From assembly GCA_044867785.1 (NCBI GenBank), contig JBIOVM010000098.1, positions 1,004 through 65,003 on the forward strand: 64,000 nucleotides of DNA. Direction: 5' to 3'. The translations under genes were made by a program, and so were the position numbers. The notes beneath the pieces are model-generated. The model searched no databases. It was not told the DNA's origin and saw nothing but the letters and a program-made list of their open reading frames with translations. Below are positions 45,963 to 56,139 of this stretch, piece after piece. The stretch is from Candidatus Rokuibacteriota bacterium. Its GTDB lineage: Bacteria; Methylomirabilota; Methylomirabilia; Rokubacteriales; DASRDR01. The stretch's first letter is position 1; each line of letters begins with the position of its first letter.

Positions 45963-48635
45963 GTGAGGCTGCGCGCCCATCTCGGCGTCTTCCTGGTGTG
46001 TCTGGGTCTCATCGCCCTGTGGACATGGCCGCTCGCCCGGGATCCGGCCCACCTGGTCCCCGACAACACGGATCCCCGCCTCTTCAGCTGGGTGATGCTC
46101 TCGGTGTTCTGGAATCTCCTGACGCGACCGCACCTGCTGCTGCACGGGAGTGCCTTCTATCCTCACGGCGCGAGCCTGACGTTCGCCGAGCCGCTGGTGA
46201 CGCCCGCTCTCCTGGCCGGCCCCCTGTACGCGCTGACCGGCAATCCCTACCTCGCCTACAACCTGACCCTGCTCGTGTTCTGGGCGGTCTCCGGATGGGC
46301 GGCCTACGCCGTCACCTACGGGATCACGCGCTGCCACCCCGCGGCGGCCGCCGCGATGCTCGTCTTTACGCTGGCGGCACCCCGGATCCAATACGCCGTC
46401 GAGTTCCAGATGGAGATGATGTTCGGGCTGCCGCTCGCCGTGTACGCCCTGGTCCGCTACCTCGAGACCCAGCGGGTCCGCCCTTTGCTGGCGTTTCTCG
46501 TCGCCTTCTGGCTCCAGGCCATCGCCGTGTGGTACTTCGCCGTCATCCTGGGCTCTGGTCTCGTCGTCCTCGCGCTCTCGTACACGCTCCGGCACTGGTC
46601 GGGCTGGCGGCCGCGGGCCGTGCTGGTGGCGGGAGCCGGCGGCGTGGCGCTGGCCGCCGCGCTCGGTCCGATCGCGTGGCCGTTCTTCATGACACGTCGC
46701 GAGCTTCGCCTCGAGCGATCCCTCGACGATGCCCTGGGCCGGTCGGCCGATGTCCTGAGCTACGTCTCGACGGAGGGCAACTGGCTCGGCCAGCTGGTGC
46801 ATGTGAGCTACGGGCACGAGACGACGCTCTTGCCGGGTCTCGTCGCCGTGGGGCTCGCGCTCCTGTCGATCGCCTGGCTCCGGGCCGACCGGGCAACGCC
46901 GCCGGCGACCGGATGGCCGGAGCGGCTCGTCACGCTGGCGATGGTCGCCAGCGCCCTTGCGGGCGTGCTGACGATCGCGGGAAGCGGCTGGATCGCTCGA
47001 GACAAGGCCTGGACCCGGGTGCCCTTTCTCACCGTCAGCGGCGTGGCGCTCCTTCTGAGTCTGCTCCTGCGTGACGCGCTCGCCGGCTGGCGTCGCTGGC
47101 GAGCTGGACGGACGGATCGGCGGCTTACCGCGGGGGAGTGGGTCTCCACGCTCGGCACCGTCGGTCTGTTCGCGTGGCTGCTGTCCTTCGGGCCGGTCGT
47201 CAAGATGGCCGGAAGCCCGCTCGGCGCGGGCCTCTATGCCTGGCTCCATCCCTACGCGCTGCCGCTGCGAGCCATCCGCGGGACGACGCGCTTCGGCCTC
47301 TTGGTGCTGCTCGTCGTGGCCCTCCTGGCCGGCCTCGGCGCGGCCTGGCTCTGGGGACGGCTCTCGGGAAGGGCCCGCCCCTACGCGATGGCGGCGGTCC
47401 TCCTGGTGCTGGCGCTCGATTACGCTCACGTCCGGCAACCCTACGACCGGATCGCCAGCTGGACACGGCCCGTCGACGCGGCCCTCCGCGCGGACCCGGC
47501 GGACGTCGCCGTGCTCGAGTGGCCGCTGAACCGCAGTGCCACCGACGTGGACGCCATGCTCCGCTCCATCGGGCATGGCAAGCGCGTCGTCAACGGCTTC
47601 GCCGGGTTCGCTCTCGATTTCGAGCGCGAGCTGTCGGGGCTCCTGTCGAGCTCCATGCCGCCGTTCGCGACCCCGGAGGCCCGCACCGCCCTCGCGGGGA
47701 TCTATCCCTTGCGCTATCTGGTCTTGCGGGACCGCGCTCAGCGTCCGCCCGGCTGGCCGGCGGGCGAGGCCCTGGCCCAGGTGTCCGGCGGCTTCCTGCA
47801 CTTCCGTGGCGCTCACGGGCCCGACGATCTCTACGAGATCGTGTCGCTGCCGGAGCGGGGCCACGTGCTGGAGCGTCGCGTGTCGTACGACCTGCTCCGG
47901 TCGCGGCCGGTCCTGCGCGTGAGCGTCCGGCCGCAGCGGACCGATGCCGGAATCGAGCAGTGGGTGGACATCGCGCTGAACGCCGTCCCGCTGACCCGCG
48001 TGCCCCTCGATCAGGCCCGGGCGGCGACCGCGACCGTGACCCGGCCTTTCCACCGGACGCTCCCGAACGTGTTCGAGCTCAGGCACGACTACCGCCGGAC
48101 GGCCGCGGCGCGGGGCCCGAAACACTGGATCGGGACCTCCGGAGTGGCGAGCCCCGTGGACGCTGTCGTTCGGAGCGGAGGCCAGCCGCACGGTGACGTG
48201 GCGTCGATCCGGATCGGGGTCCGCGAGCTCGCCCCGAACCGGCGCGGCTACAATCTGGTGGCCGTCGGTCCCGCGGGCGAGGTCCGGAGCCGTGCCGCGT
48301 TCGACACGCTGGGGAACCGGGCGAACAGCGGACGACTCGTCGCGTGGGTGCACGACCTTCCGGCCGGCACGATCGTCTTCGGAGCCGTCAAGGACGAGGC
48401 CTCGGGACAGTTGTCGCCACAGGCGGTTGGAGCGCTGTCGACGCTCGGTGTCCGCGGTGACCTGCGCGGCCGGTACCGGGAGTCCCACGCCTTCATCGGT
48501 GTCAAGGGCGCTCCGCCCGGGTCGGCCATCGAGGCCTTGGGTCCGCACGCGGTCGAGGTGCAGGTGGGGATCCCCGATGCCGGGCTCGGGCTCGAGCTGG
48601 TCGAGTTTTCGCTGGAGGCGCCGCCGGGCCGCTGA
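45963..48635 (+). CDS. large polytopic membrane protein with a C-terminal extracytoplasmic beta-rich domain (probable GT-C-fold glycosyltransferase)
   Basis: Roughly 12 TM helices in the first 480 aa, then a roughly 400-aa hydrophilic region. GTG start at 45963. Same architecture as the two minus-strand paralogues. Confidence 0.55.
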   Translation: MRLRAHLGVFLVCLGLIALWTWPLARDPAHLVPDNTDPRLFSWVMLSVFWNLLTRPHLLLHGSAFYPHGASLTFAEPLVTPALLAGPLYALTGNPYLAYNLTLLVFWAVSGWAAYAVTYGITRCHPAAAAAMLVFTLAAPRIQYAVEFQMEMMFGLPLAVYALVRYLETQRVRPLLAFLVAFWLQAIAVWYFAVILGSGLVVLALSYTLRHWSGWRPRAVLVAGAGGVALAAALGPIAWPFFMTRRELRLERSLDDALGRSADVLSYVSTEGNWLGQLVHVSYGHETTLLPGLVAVGLALLSIAWLRADRATPPATGWPERLVTLAMVASALAGVLTIAGSGWIARDKAWTRVPFLTVSGVALLLSLLLRDALAGWRRWRAGRTDRRLTAGEWVSTLGTVGLFAWLLSFGPVVKMAGSPLGAGLYAWLHPYALPLRAIRGTTRFGLLVLLVVALLAGLGAAWLWGRLSGRARPYAMAAVLLVLALDYAHVRQPYDRIASWTRPVDAALRADPADVAVLEWPLNRSATDVDAMLRSIGHGKRVVNGFAGFALDFERELSGLLSSSMPPFATPEARTALAGIYPLRYLVLRDRAQRPPGWPAGEALAQVSGGFLHFRGAHGPDDLYEIVSLPERGHVLERRVSYDLLRSRPVLRVSVRPQRTDAGIEQWVDIALNAVPLTRVPLDQARAATATVTRPFHRTLPNVFELRHDYRRTAAARGPKHWIGTSGVASPVDAVVRSGGQPHGDVASIRIGVRELAPNRRGYNLVAVGPAGEVRSRAAFDTLGNRANSGRLVAWVHDLPAGTIVFGAVKDEASGQLSPQAVGALSTLGVRGDLRGRYRESHAFIGVKGAPPGSAIEALGPHAVEVQVGIPDAGLGLELVEFSLEAPPGR

Positions 48636-48655
48636 CCGCGGCCGGCTCGTCCGGG

Positions 48656-51127
48656 TTACCGGGGACTGACCGTGAGCCGGTCGAAGAACACACCCGTCCC
48701 GCCCAGGTAGAGCACCGGGAACTCCAGGACGGTCGGTCGGCTCAACTCGAAATCGAGCGTCGCCTCGCCGTACGCGTCGGCCGGCACCTCGCTCGCGTCG
48801 ACGGTCCGGGCCGCAAGCACCGCGCCCACGGGTTCGGCCACCTGGAGCCCGACGAGCGGACCGTGGGCCCCTGGCAAAGCGCGCAACCGGACAGACAGCC
48901 GATAGCGCCCGGGCGGGAAGAGACGGACCGGTCCGGACACGAGCCCTGCCCGTTGGCTCACGCCCGGGTCCGCGTAGCCGGCCCAGCCGCCCGAGGCGAG
49001 GGGATCCCGGCGCTCCCCGAGTCGGTGCGGGAGCGCCTCCACCTCGTACGTCCATTCGGGGTCGGGCCGGTCCGCAGCGACGACGAGGACCCAGTCGACC
49101 TCCGCGGCCCCGGCGCCGCTCCAGGCGACGCGGAACTCGAGCGGCTGCCCGCGCTCCAGAACGAACGGAACGTCGACAGTCGTCCAGTCGGCCTCCTCGT
49201 CGACGGCGCGGGCGGCGATGACGCGACGGCCACGATCCGCGGCGACATCGAGGGTGAGCCCGCGACCACGGATCCGGAACCGAGCGGTGTAGGCGCCGCT
49301 GGGAAACGGCCGGTAGGGGCCGAACGTGAGGAATCCCGGGGCATTCCGGCCGGGACGTGCCGCCACGACGCGCCCGCCGGAGGCGCCGGCCGCCTCGCCG
49401 GCGGTGCCGGTCATGCGACTCTGCCACTCGGCCTCGTAGAAGGTGCCCACCGGAGACGTGCGACTGTCCGGCGCCGAAGGCTGGCGGCCGGTCACGCGGA
49501 AGAGCCAGAGCGGGTCCGCGGCGAGCTCGAGCGTCAGCGCGGAGGAGGACCCGAGGCGTTGGATCGTGAACGCCGACGGGTATGCCGACACCTGGGACGG
49601 GAAGACGGAGCGATCGACGACCACGTGGGACACGCCGAGCCGCGCCAGCTCGTCCGCTTCTCCCTGCCCGAGATCGCCCGTGTTGAGCGGCTCCAAGGCC
49701 TTGAAGACGTCGCGCACGTAGTGGCGAGCGACCAGAGGCGAGTAGCCGTTCACCGTCGGCGTGCGGGTGCGCGTGATCGCATAGAGATAGAGGGACGAGT
49801 GGGCGCTGTCCCCCGGCCAGATCGGCAGATAGAGCACCCGCCCGGCGCCGGTACGGAGCGCTTCGAACACGGGATTGTCGTCGAGCCGCGCGACGGCGAT
49901 GCCGTGCCAGGACGCCGTCGTGAGGAGCACCAGTCCGGCGAGCCCGCCGGCGACCAGCCGGAGACGCCACCCATCCGCGGCCGGGACGCGAGCCAGGACC
50001 GCACGCGCGCCGAAGGCCGCCAGGACGAGCATCCCGACGGCCGTGAGGAGCTCGAGCTTCCGCGGGTTCCGGATCATCGCGAAGAGCGGGAGCCAGCGGT
50101 GGAGCGCCTCGTAGAGCGGGATCCCCGGGAGCGTCGGCCCCGGCGTCAAGAGGAGACCCAGCGCCAGGATCCCGCCGTAGAGGAGCCGCAGCCCGCCATC
50201 GCCGCGTGACGTGCGGGCCGCGAGGCCGATCAGCGCCAACCCGGCGAGGACGAGTCCCCCGTACGTGGCCGGATCCGTGAGCACGTCGGGGCCGGGGGCG
50301 AACAGGCGGACCTCGTTGATGCGCCGGCCGACGCTGGCGATCGAGTCCGCGACGAATGCCTGGCGCAGCATCAGGACCCACCCGACTCCGGCGACGAAGA
50401 GCGCGCCGAACGCGGTGAGGGAGCGCCACGCCCGGGCCCTCCCTCGATCCAGCCACCACCGGACCAGGACGTGCGCGACGATCAGCCCGACCGTCAAGTA
50501 GGTGTACTGAGGCTCGAGCATCGCGAGCATCAGAAAGGCCAGCCCCCCGCCCACGCCGCCGGCGACACGTCCAGCCACGAAGGCCACATCGACGCCCCAG
50601 AGCACCGCCGGCACGAGAGCCAGGGCGAACCCCGCGGGATGGCCGCCGAACAGGGGGTCGAGCCGCGCCGGCAGCACGGCGAAGCCCACGGCGGCGATCA
50701 ACGCGGCGCTCGTCGAGCCGGTGAGGTGGCGCGCGAGCCCGTAGGCGGCGAGTCCGCTCGCCGGGAAGGAGAGCAGGAGCACCAGGTTGTAGGCGGCGTG
50801 GAGCCCGAACCCCGAGAGCAAGGTGAACGGCAGGGACAACGGCAGAAAGGCCTGGGTGAGATTCCAGCGAGCGCCGTTGATCCGGAACTGGTACGGATCG
50901 GTGAAGAGCGGCGTCGGCCCGAGTAGGCCGTCCCGGACGAGCCACATCTGGTAGTAGAGCTGGAGCGTGTCGCTCGGCGTGCGGGACAGGACGGGCACGT
51001 CGACGGGCTGTCGGGCGCTGACCGGAAGGCCCCGTGTCAGCTCCCAGGGCAGCGGACGCGAGACGATCAGGCCGGCCGCGAGACAGAGGCCGGCGAGAAC
51101 CCAGGCGGCGCGGGGGCGGACTCTCAA
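48656..51127 (-). CDS. large polytopic membrane protein, paralogue B (probable GT-C glycosyltransferase with duplicated C-terminal PGRY beta-modules). TTG start overlaps the upstream stop.
   Basis: YYQMWLVRDGLLGPTPLFTDPYQF...GGHPAGFALALVP is colinear with paralogue A. C-terminal repeats contain FPSGAYTARFRIRG and FPPGRYRLSVRLR. Confidence 0.55.
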   Translation of the reverse strand: MRVRPRAAWVLAGLCLAAGLIVSRPLPWELTRGLPVSARQPVDVPVLSRTPSDTLQLYYQMWLVRDGLLGPTPLFTDPYQFRINGARWNLTQAFLPLSLPFTLLSGFGLHAAYNLVLLLSFPASGLAAYGLARHLTGSTSAALIAAVGFAVLPARLDPLFGGHPAGFALALVPAVLWGVDVAFVAGRVAGGVGGGLAFLMLAMLEPQYTYLTVGLIVAHVLVRWWLDRGRARAWRSLTAFGALFVAGVGWVLMLRQAFVADSIASVGRRINEVRLFAPGPDVLTDPATYGGLVLAGLALIGLAARTSRGDGGLRLLYGGILALGLLLTPGPTLPGIPLYEALHRWLPLFAMIRNPRKLELLTAVGMLVLAAFGARAVLARVPAADGWRLRLVAGGLAGLVLLTTASWHGIAVARLDDNPVFEALRTGAGRVLYLPIWPGDSAHSSLYLYAITRTRTPTVNGYSPLVARHYVRDVFKALEPLNTGDLGQGEADELARLGVSHVVVDRSVFPSQVSAYPSAFTIQRLGSSSALTLELAADPLWLFRVTGRQPSAPDSRTSPVGTFYEAEWQSRMTGTAGEAAGASGGRVVAARPGRNAPGFLTFGPYRPFPSGAYTARFRIRGRGLTLDVAADRGRRVIAARAVDEEADWTTVDVPFVLERGQPLEFRVAWSGAGAAEVDWVLVVAADRPDPEWTYEVEALPHRLGERRDPLASGGWAGYADPGVSQRAGLVSGPVRLFPPGRYRLSVRLRALPGAHGPLVGLQVAEPVGAVLAARTVDASEVPADAYGEATLDFELSRPTVLEFPVLYLGGTGVFFDRLTVSPR

Positions 51128-54063
51128 TCCCCGAGCCGCTCGACGCGAAGACGGTCGAACCAGACGCCGACTCCACCGCGGTAGGTGCACGGGAACTCGA
51201 GCACCGACGGGCGCGACACGGTGAACGGAACGGCCAGCTCGACGTAGCGCCCAGCTTCGGGCACGTCCGCTCCGAGCAGCTCCCGTCCGCCCAGCTCGCC
51301 GGCCCGGGACGCGAGCTCGACGGCGCAGCGCGCGAACGCGCCGGCGACGGCCCGGTCGAGCTTGAGCCGGACCCAGAGCTGATAGCGGCCAGGCGAATAG
51401 CCGCGGAGGGGTCCGCTCCAAACCGCATCGCGCGCCGTGCGGTCGGGCACCGCATGACCGGCGACGCCCCCGGACGCGAAGGGGTCGGGGCGTTCCTGCA
51501 GCTCGTGTCCCAGGATCTCCACCTCGAAGGTCTGCGCCGGGTCGGGCTCGGCCGTGAACCCGCCGCGCACCGTATCCACGGCCACCCAGCCCTGACCGTC
51601 CCACCGCGTCCGGTACTCCACGGGCGCGGCGGCGGCCAAGGCGAACGGCACCGCCACCTCGACGAAGACCCCGTCGGCCAGGTGAATCCGAGCCCGGCCC
51701 AGGACCTCGCGTCCGCCCTGCGTGGTCACCTGGAGCTCCACCGTGCTGCCCACGCCTTTCAGCCGGAACCGGGCGCGGTAGTCACCCGGCGGGAGCAGCC
51801 GGTACGGACCGGACGTCAGGAACCCCGGCCGGTCTTCCTCGCTCCGGGCGAGAGTCACCCGGCCGTTCGACGCGTCGGCGTCGGCCGTCACTCGCCCGGT
51901 GTCGCGCCCGAGGGACTCGGCCTCCCAGAAGATGCCGAGCGGACTGGTGAAACGGGCCGGGGCGACCGGGCGCGGCGTCCGGCGCACGCGGAACACCCGG
52001 AGCCGCCACTCGCCGGACGGTGCCTCGACCGGATCCAGATAGGGGGACGCCTCGAGATACGCGCGCGCGAGCGCCGGACCGAACGCGCTCACCTTCAGCG
52101 GGAAGGCGTCCTGGGCCAGGATCACCTGGCGCACGCCGTACCGGCGCAGCACCTCGGCCTCCGCCTCGCCGACGACGCCGAGGTTAACGGGCTCGAGCGG
52201 ACGGTAGACGTCCGTGAGGTACGAGCGACCGAGCCATGCGGAGTACCCGTTGAGCATCGAGATCTCGGTAAGCGTCGTGGCGTACAGGTAGAGTCCCGAA
52301 AGGGCGCTGTCCCCCGGCCAGAGAGGGATCCAGAGCGCGCGCGGACCCTCGGCGCGGATCGTGTCGAACGCGGCGCCTCCTGTCGGCAGGATGCTGATCC
52401 CGGCGGGACGCCAGGAATGGCTGTCCGCCGCCACCAGAAGACCCAGCGTGAGCGCCACGGCGGCTCGGGCAGCGGATCCGCGGCGACGAGCGAGCGCGTC
52501 GGCGCCCACCCCGGCGAGGATGGCGAGTCCGAGCCCGGCCAGGACCTGGGCCTTGGCGGGCTGCCGAATGAAGTTCCATGAGGGCACGAGCCGAAACGCG
52601 ACCTCGAACAGCGGGAGGGCCTCGAGGCGCGGGCCCAGGGACACGATCACGCCCGTCACCAGGAGGGGCACGAAGATCCAGAGCAGGCGGCGCGTGCCCG
52701 TGGGGCGTTGTCGGGCGAGCACGACGACGGCGAGTGCCGCCAGGACGAGGGCGACGACACCCGGATAGACGAGCCGCGCCGCGAGCGGGTTCGCCCGGGT
52801 GAAGAGGTCGGCCGGCGTCGGCGAGAAGAGGAGCACCTCGTGCAGGGTGCGGCCGCCGCCCGACACGGACCGACGCAGCAGCAGTCGCTGCAGCAGGAGC
52901 AGGAACCCGGCGCCCGCGATCGCTCCCGCCGCGGCGAGCGCGACCGGAAGCAGGGGCAGGCGGGGATGCCACCACCGCCGCCACCGCGCCAGCATCCAGA
53001 CGCCGTGCACCAGGAGCGGCGCCGCCAGCGCGGCGACGGCGATCCTCCCTCCACGCGGCGACACGGCTCCGACCGTGAGGAGCCACGGGAGGCAGGCCGC
53101 GAGACTCCGCCGCGCGGCCACGCGCGGATCCGCCGTCACTCCGGCGGCGAGGAGCCATGCCGCCAGAAGCTGCCAGACCGTGAGGGCCAGCAGGGCGACG
53201 ACGGCCCCGACCGCCAGGCGGACGGGTACGGGCGCGACCCAGTTCTGGCGAGCCAGGGCGGCGAGGGCGCCTCCGGCCGGGGCGAGGGCCACCAGGCTGG
53301 CCAGGAGCCCCGCCCACGGCCCCACGGCCAGGAGCTCGGATCGCCAGGCCGGCAGCCCGATTCGCGCCAGGGCATAGAGCGGGACGCCGAGCGCAGCGAA
53401 GTAGGCGAAGTGGGGCTCCATGATGGCAAGTCCCAGAGCCGCGCCGCCGGCGACGAGCCCGCTCCACACCGAGCCGGCCAGCGCGCCTTCCAGGCCCCAC
53501 AAGAGCAGCGGAACCAGAGGATAGGCGACGCCCGCCGGATGGCCTCCGAGCAAGGCTCCCACCCGATACGGCGCGCAGGCGAAGACCACGCCGGCAATGA
53601 ACGCGCCGGTCCACGAGATGCCGTAGCGCCGCGCCAGGAGCGCCGTCGCCAGGCCGGCGAACGGAAAGGAGAGCATGACGAGGGCGTTGTAGGCGAAGAG
53701 CGGCCCCAGGGCGGAGAGCGGCACGAAGAGGAGGGCGGCGGGCAGGAAGATGTTCGGGAGGTTCGGTCGGGGTCCGTCGATGGCGAACTGAAAGGGGTCA
53801 CGCAGGAACGAGGTGCCCGTCAGGGTCCGCTCCCGGACCAGCCACAGGTAATAGTAGAACTGCAGGTAGTCGCCGGGAACGCTGAAGCCGAGCTCACGGC
53901 CCGGGCCGGGCACGGCGGTGAACGGCAACGCCTCGTCGACGTGCCGGACCAGCGGGATCGTGAAGACGATGCCGAGGAGCAGGAACGCGACGAACAGACC
54001 GAGCGCGGCGCCGCGCCCGACACCCGGGCGGCTATCGCTCCTCGAGGCAGGTCCGGTAGACAT
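51124..54063 (-). CDS. large polytopic membrane protein, paralogue A (probable GT-C glycosyltransferase with duplicated C-terminal PGRY beta-modules)
   Basis: First-loop acidic motif VRHVDEALPF, YYYLWLVRERTLTG..DPFQF, GGHPAGVAYPLVP. C-terminal LPPGDYRARFRLKG and YSPGRYQLWVRLK modules. Confidence 0.55.
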   Translation of the reverse strand: MSTGPASRSDSRPGVGRGAALGLFVAFLLLGIVFTIPLVRHVDEALPFTAVPGPGRELGFSVPGDYLQFYYYLWLVRERTLTGTSFLRDPFQFAIDGPRPNLPNIFLPAALLFVPLSALGPLFAYNALVMLSFPFAGLATALLARRYGISWTGAFIAGVVFACAPYRVGALLGGHPAGVAYPLVPLLLWGLEGALAGSVWSGLVAGGAALGLAIMEPHFAYFAALGVPLYALARIGLPAWRSELLAVGPWAGLLASLVALAPAGGALAALARQNWVAPVPVRLAVGAVVALLALTVWQLLAAWLLAAGVTADPRVAARRSLAACLPWLLTVGAVSPRGGRIAVAALAAPLLVHGVWMLARWRRWWHPRLPLLPVALAAAGAIAGAGFLLLLQRLLLRRSVSGGGRTLHEVLLFSPTPADLFTRANPLAARLVYPGVVALVLAALAVVVLARQRPTGTRRLLWIFVPLLVTGVIVSLGPRLEALPLFEVAFRLVPSWNFIRQPAKAQVLAGLGLAILAGVGADALARRRGSAARAAVALTLGLLVAADSHSWRPAGISILPTGGAAFDTIRAEGPRALWIPLWPGDSALSGLYLYATTLTEISMLNGYSAWLGRSYLTDVYRPLEPVNLGVVGEAEAEVLRRYGVRQVILAQDAFPLKVSAFGPALARAYLEASPYLDPVEAPSGEWRLRVFRVRRTPRPVAPARFTSPLGIFWEAESLGRDTGRVTADADASNGRVTLARSEEDRPGFLTSGPYRLLPPGDYRARFRLKGVGSTVELQVTTQGGREVLGRARIHLADGVFVEVAVPFALAAAAPVEYRTRWDGQGWVAVDTVRGGFTAEPDPAQTFEVEILGHELQERPDPFASGGVAGHAVPDRTARDAVWSGPLRGYSPGRYQLWVRLKLDRAVAGAFARCAVELASRAGELGGRELLGADVPEAGRYVELAVPFTVSRPSVLEFPCTYRGGVGVWFDRLRVERLGD

Positions 54064-55201
54064 CGACGAGCCGCCTGCCCAGCGCGGGCCACCCGAAGCG
54101 GGCGACGGCGCGCTCCCGAAGCGCCTGACCTCGAAGCTTCTGCTCTTGTGAATCCCGAAGGAGCCCGGCGATGGCCGCCCCGAGCGCCCGGACATCCCGC
54201 ATCGGGGCGTAGACGCCCGCCTCCCCGAGGAGCTCCCGGGAGACGGGGCCGTCGTAGGCGACGGAGGGGAGGCCCATGGCCATGTAGCTCAGGAGCTTCC
54301 CGTTGGCCTCGGTGCTGACGCGCTTTGCGCTCACCGCGACCTCCCCGAGTGCCAGGTAGCGCGGCGATTCCGGGTAGGCGATCCGACCCGTCAGCGTCAC
54401 CGAGGCCGCCAGGCCTCGCTCGACTACGCGAGCCCGATAGGCCTCCACGTTCGGATGCCCCATGAGGAGGAGATGCGCGTCCGGGACCGCGGCCATGACG
54501 GCCGGCCAGGCGGCGAACAGGTCGTCGATGCCCTGATACTCGGTGAGGACGCCCAGGTAGACGACGACGCGCTTTCCGACCAGCCCCAGCCGCTCGCGCA
54601 GGTCGTCGGGCGCCGGGCCGGGTCGGAGGAAGTCCGGGTCGATGCCGTCCGGGAGCAGCGCCACCCGCCGCGCCGCAATTCCCTGGACCTCGACCAGCTC
54701 TCGCGCGAAGTTCTCGGAGGATGGTAGGAGCCGGGCGGGCCCGCGCAGGACCCATCGTTCCAGGCGGCGCACCGATGCCGGAAGCGGTCCCCGCGCGGGC
54801 AGGTGGCCGTGCGCGATCATCTCGTCGGCCACGCTGCCCTGGAGATCCCCCACCGCCGGCCGCCGGACCAGCCGGCCGACGACGGCGGCGATCGCGGCGC
54901 CTTCGTGGAGGTGCCCGTGCAGGATGTCCGGCCGAAATCGTCTCGCCGCCCGCCACGTGGTCGCGAGGAGCATCGCGTCCAGGTACGGGCGATGCGGCGA
55001 GAAGCCGACGGGGAGGCTCCGCACCCACGGCACGCGGGGCGAGCGGACCGTCGTGACCTCAGGGTGCTCGCGCCCCACCGCGTACGTGGCGACGAGCGTT
55101 TCGATCCCGAGGCCCCGAAGCGCCCGGACCTCCTCGAGGATGCGGATGTGGCACCCGCGGTCCCCGAAGAACGGCGTCGGGGCGACCATCAGCACGCGCA
55201 T
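54032..55201 (-). CDS. GT1 (GT4-type) glycosyltransferase
   Basis: GT-B architecture. N-terminal MRVLMVAPTPFFGDRG and a C-terminal EX7E-like region (EANGKLLSYMAMGLPSVAYD). Confidence 0.8.
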   Translation of the reverse strand: MRVLMVAPTPFFGDRGCHIRILEEVRALRGLGIETLVATYAVGREHPEVTTVRSPRVPWVRSLPVGFSPHRPYLDAMLLATTWRAARRFRPDILHGHLHEGAAIAAVVGRLVRRPAVGDLQGSVADEMIAHGHLPARGPLPASVRRLERWVLRGPARLLPSSENFARELVEVQGIAARRVALLPDGIDPDFLRPGPAPDDLRERLGLVGKRVVVYLGVLTEYQGIDDLFAAWPAVMAAVPDAHLLLMGHPNVEAYRARVVERGLAASVTLTGRIAYPESPRYLALGEVAVSAKRVSTEANGKLLSYMAMGLPSVAYDGPVSRELLGEAGVYAPMRDVRALGAAIAGLLRDSQEQKLRGQALRERAVARFGWPALGRRLVDVYRTCLEER

Positions 55202-55248
55202 TGACGCCTCATTGTAGCAGAGGGGCGTCGCGCGTCGGCGGACCGGCG

Positions 55249-56130
55249 TCAGTCGACGCGGTGCTTCTTGACGCGGAGGTATGCCTCCAGGGCCTCCCGC
55301 CACGGCGGGAGGAGCGGCACCCCGAGCGACGCGGCGCGGGTGTTCCGGAGCACCGACTGCGGCGGCCGGCGCGCCGGCGCGTCGAACTCGGCGCTCGTTG
55401 TCGGCTCGAGCTCGGGTGTTCGTCGGCAGAGCTCGAAGATCGCGCGCGCGAACTCGTACCACGAGCATTGGCCGGAGTTCGTGAGGTGGAAGATCCCGCC
55501 CGGGGGATTCGACGCGATGAGGCCGGCGATCGCCCTCGCCAGGTCCGCGGTGTACGTCGGGGTGAGCACCTGGTCGTCCACGACCCGAATGGGCTTGCCC
55601 GCATCTGCCAGCTTCAGCATCGTCTCGACGAAGTTCCCGCCCTTGCCGGCGGAGCCGGCGACACCGTAGAGCCCCGAGGACCGGACGATCACGTGGCGAG
55701 AGCCCGCCTGCCGGACGAGAAGCTCCCCGGCGAGCTTCGAGGCGCCGTACACGCTCAGCGGCGCCGGGCTGGCGTCCTCGGCGTATGGGCCCGGCGGCCC
55801 GCCCCCGAAAACGTAGTCCGTGCTGAGCTGAAGGAGCCGCGCCCCCCGCCGTTCGCAGGCGATCGCCAGGTGGCGGGCCGCGACCGCGTTCACGGAGAAC
55901 GCGAGCTGCGCTTCGCCGCGCTCGTCCTTCTCGATGTCGTCGACGCGGTGAAACGCCGCCGTGTTGATCACCCAGGCGGGACGGTGTCGGGCGAGGATCT
56001 GCTCGATGGCCTCCCGGTCGGTGAGGTCGAGGTCGGCCCGCGTCAGCGGGACGAGCGCATCCGGGGGGAGGACGGACCGGAGATCGGTGCCGAGCTGCCC
56101 GCCGGCTCCGATGAGGAGAATGCGCGCCAC
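55249..56130 (-). CDS. rmlD: dTDP-4-dehydrorhamnose reductase (RmlD family)
   Basis: N-terminus LLIGAGGQLG, STDYVF and YGASK catalytic triad region; 293 aa. Confidence 0.75.
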   Translation of the reverse strand: MARILLIGAGGQLGTDLRSVLPPDALVPLTRADLDLTDREAIEQILARHRPAWVINTAAFHRVDDIEKDERGEAQLAFSVNAVAARHLAIACERRGARLLQLSTDYVFGGGPPGPYAEDASPAPLSVYGASKLAGELLVRQAGSRHVIVRSSGLYGVAGSAGKGGNFVETMLKLADAGKPIRVVDDQVLTPTYTADLARAIAGLIASNPPGGIFHLTNSGQCSWYEFARAIFELCRRTPELEPTTSAEFDAPARRPPQSVLRNTRAASLGVPLLPPWREALEAYLRVKKHRVD

Positions 56131-56139
56131 GCCCCCATG

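Noticed and set aside
45951-51455. 1834-aa minus-strand ORF
   Set aside because: It is antisense or off-frame relative to the plus-strand large membrane protein and out of frame with the minus-strand paralogues. Its translation is Arg/Pro/Gly-rich and low-complexity.
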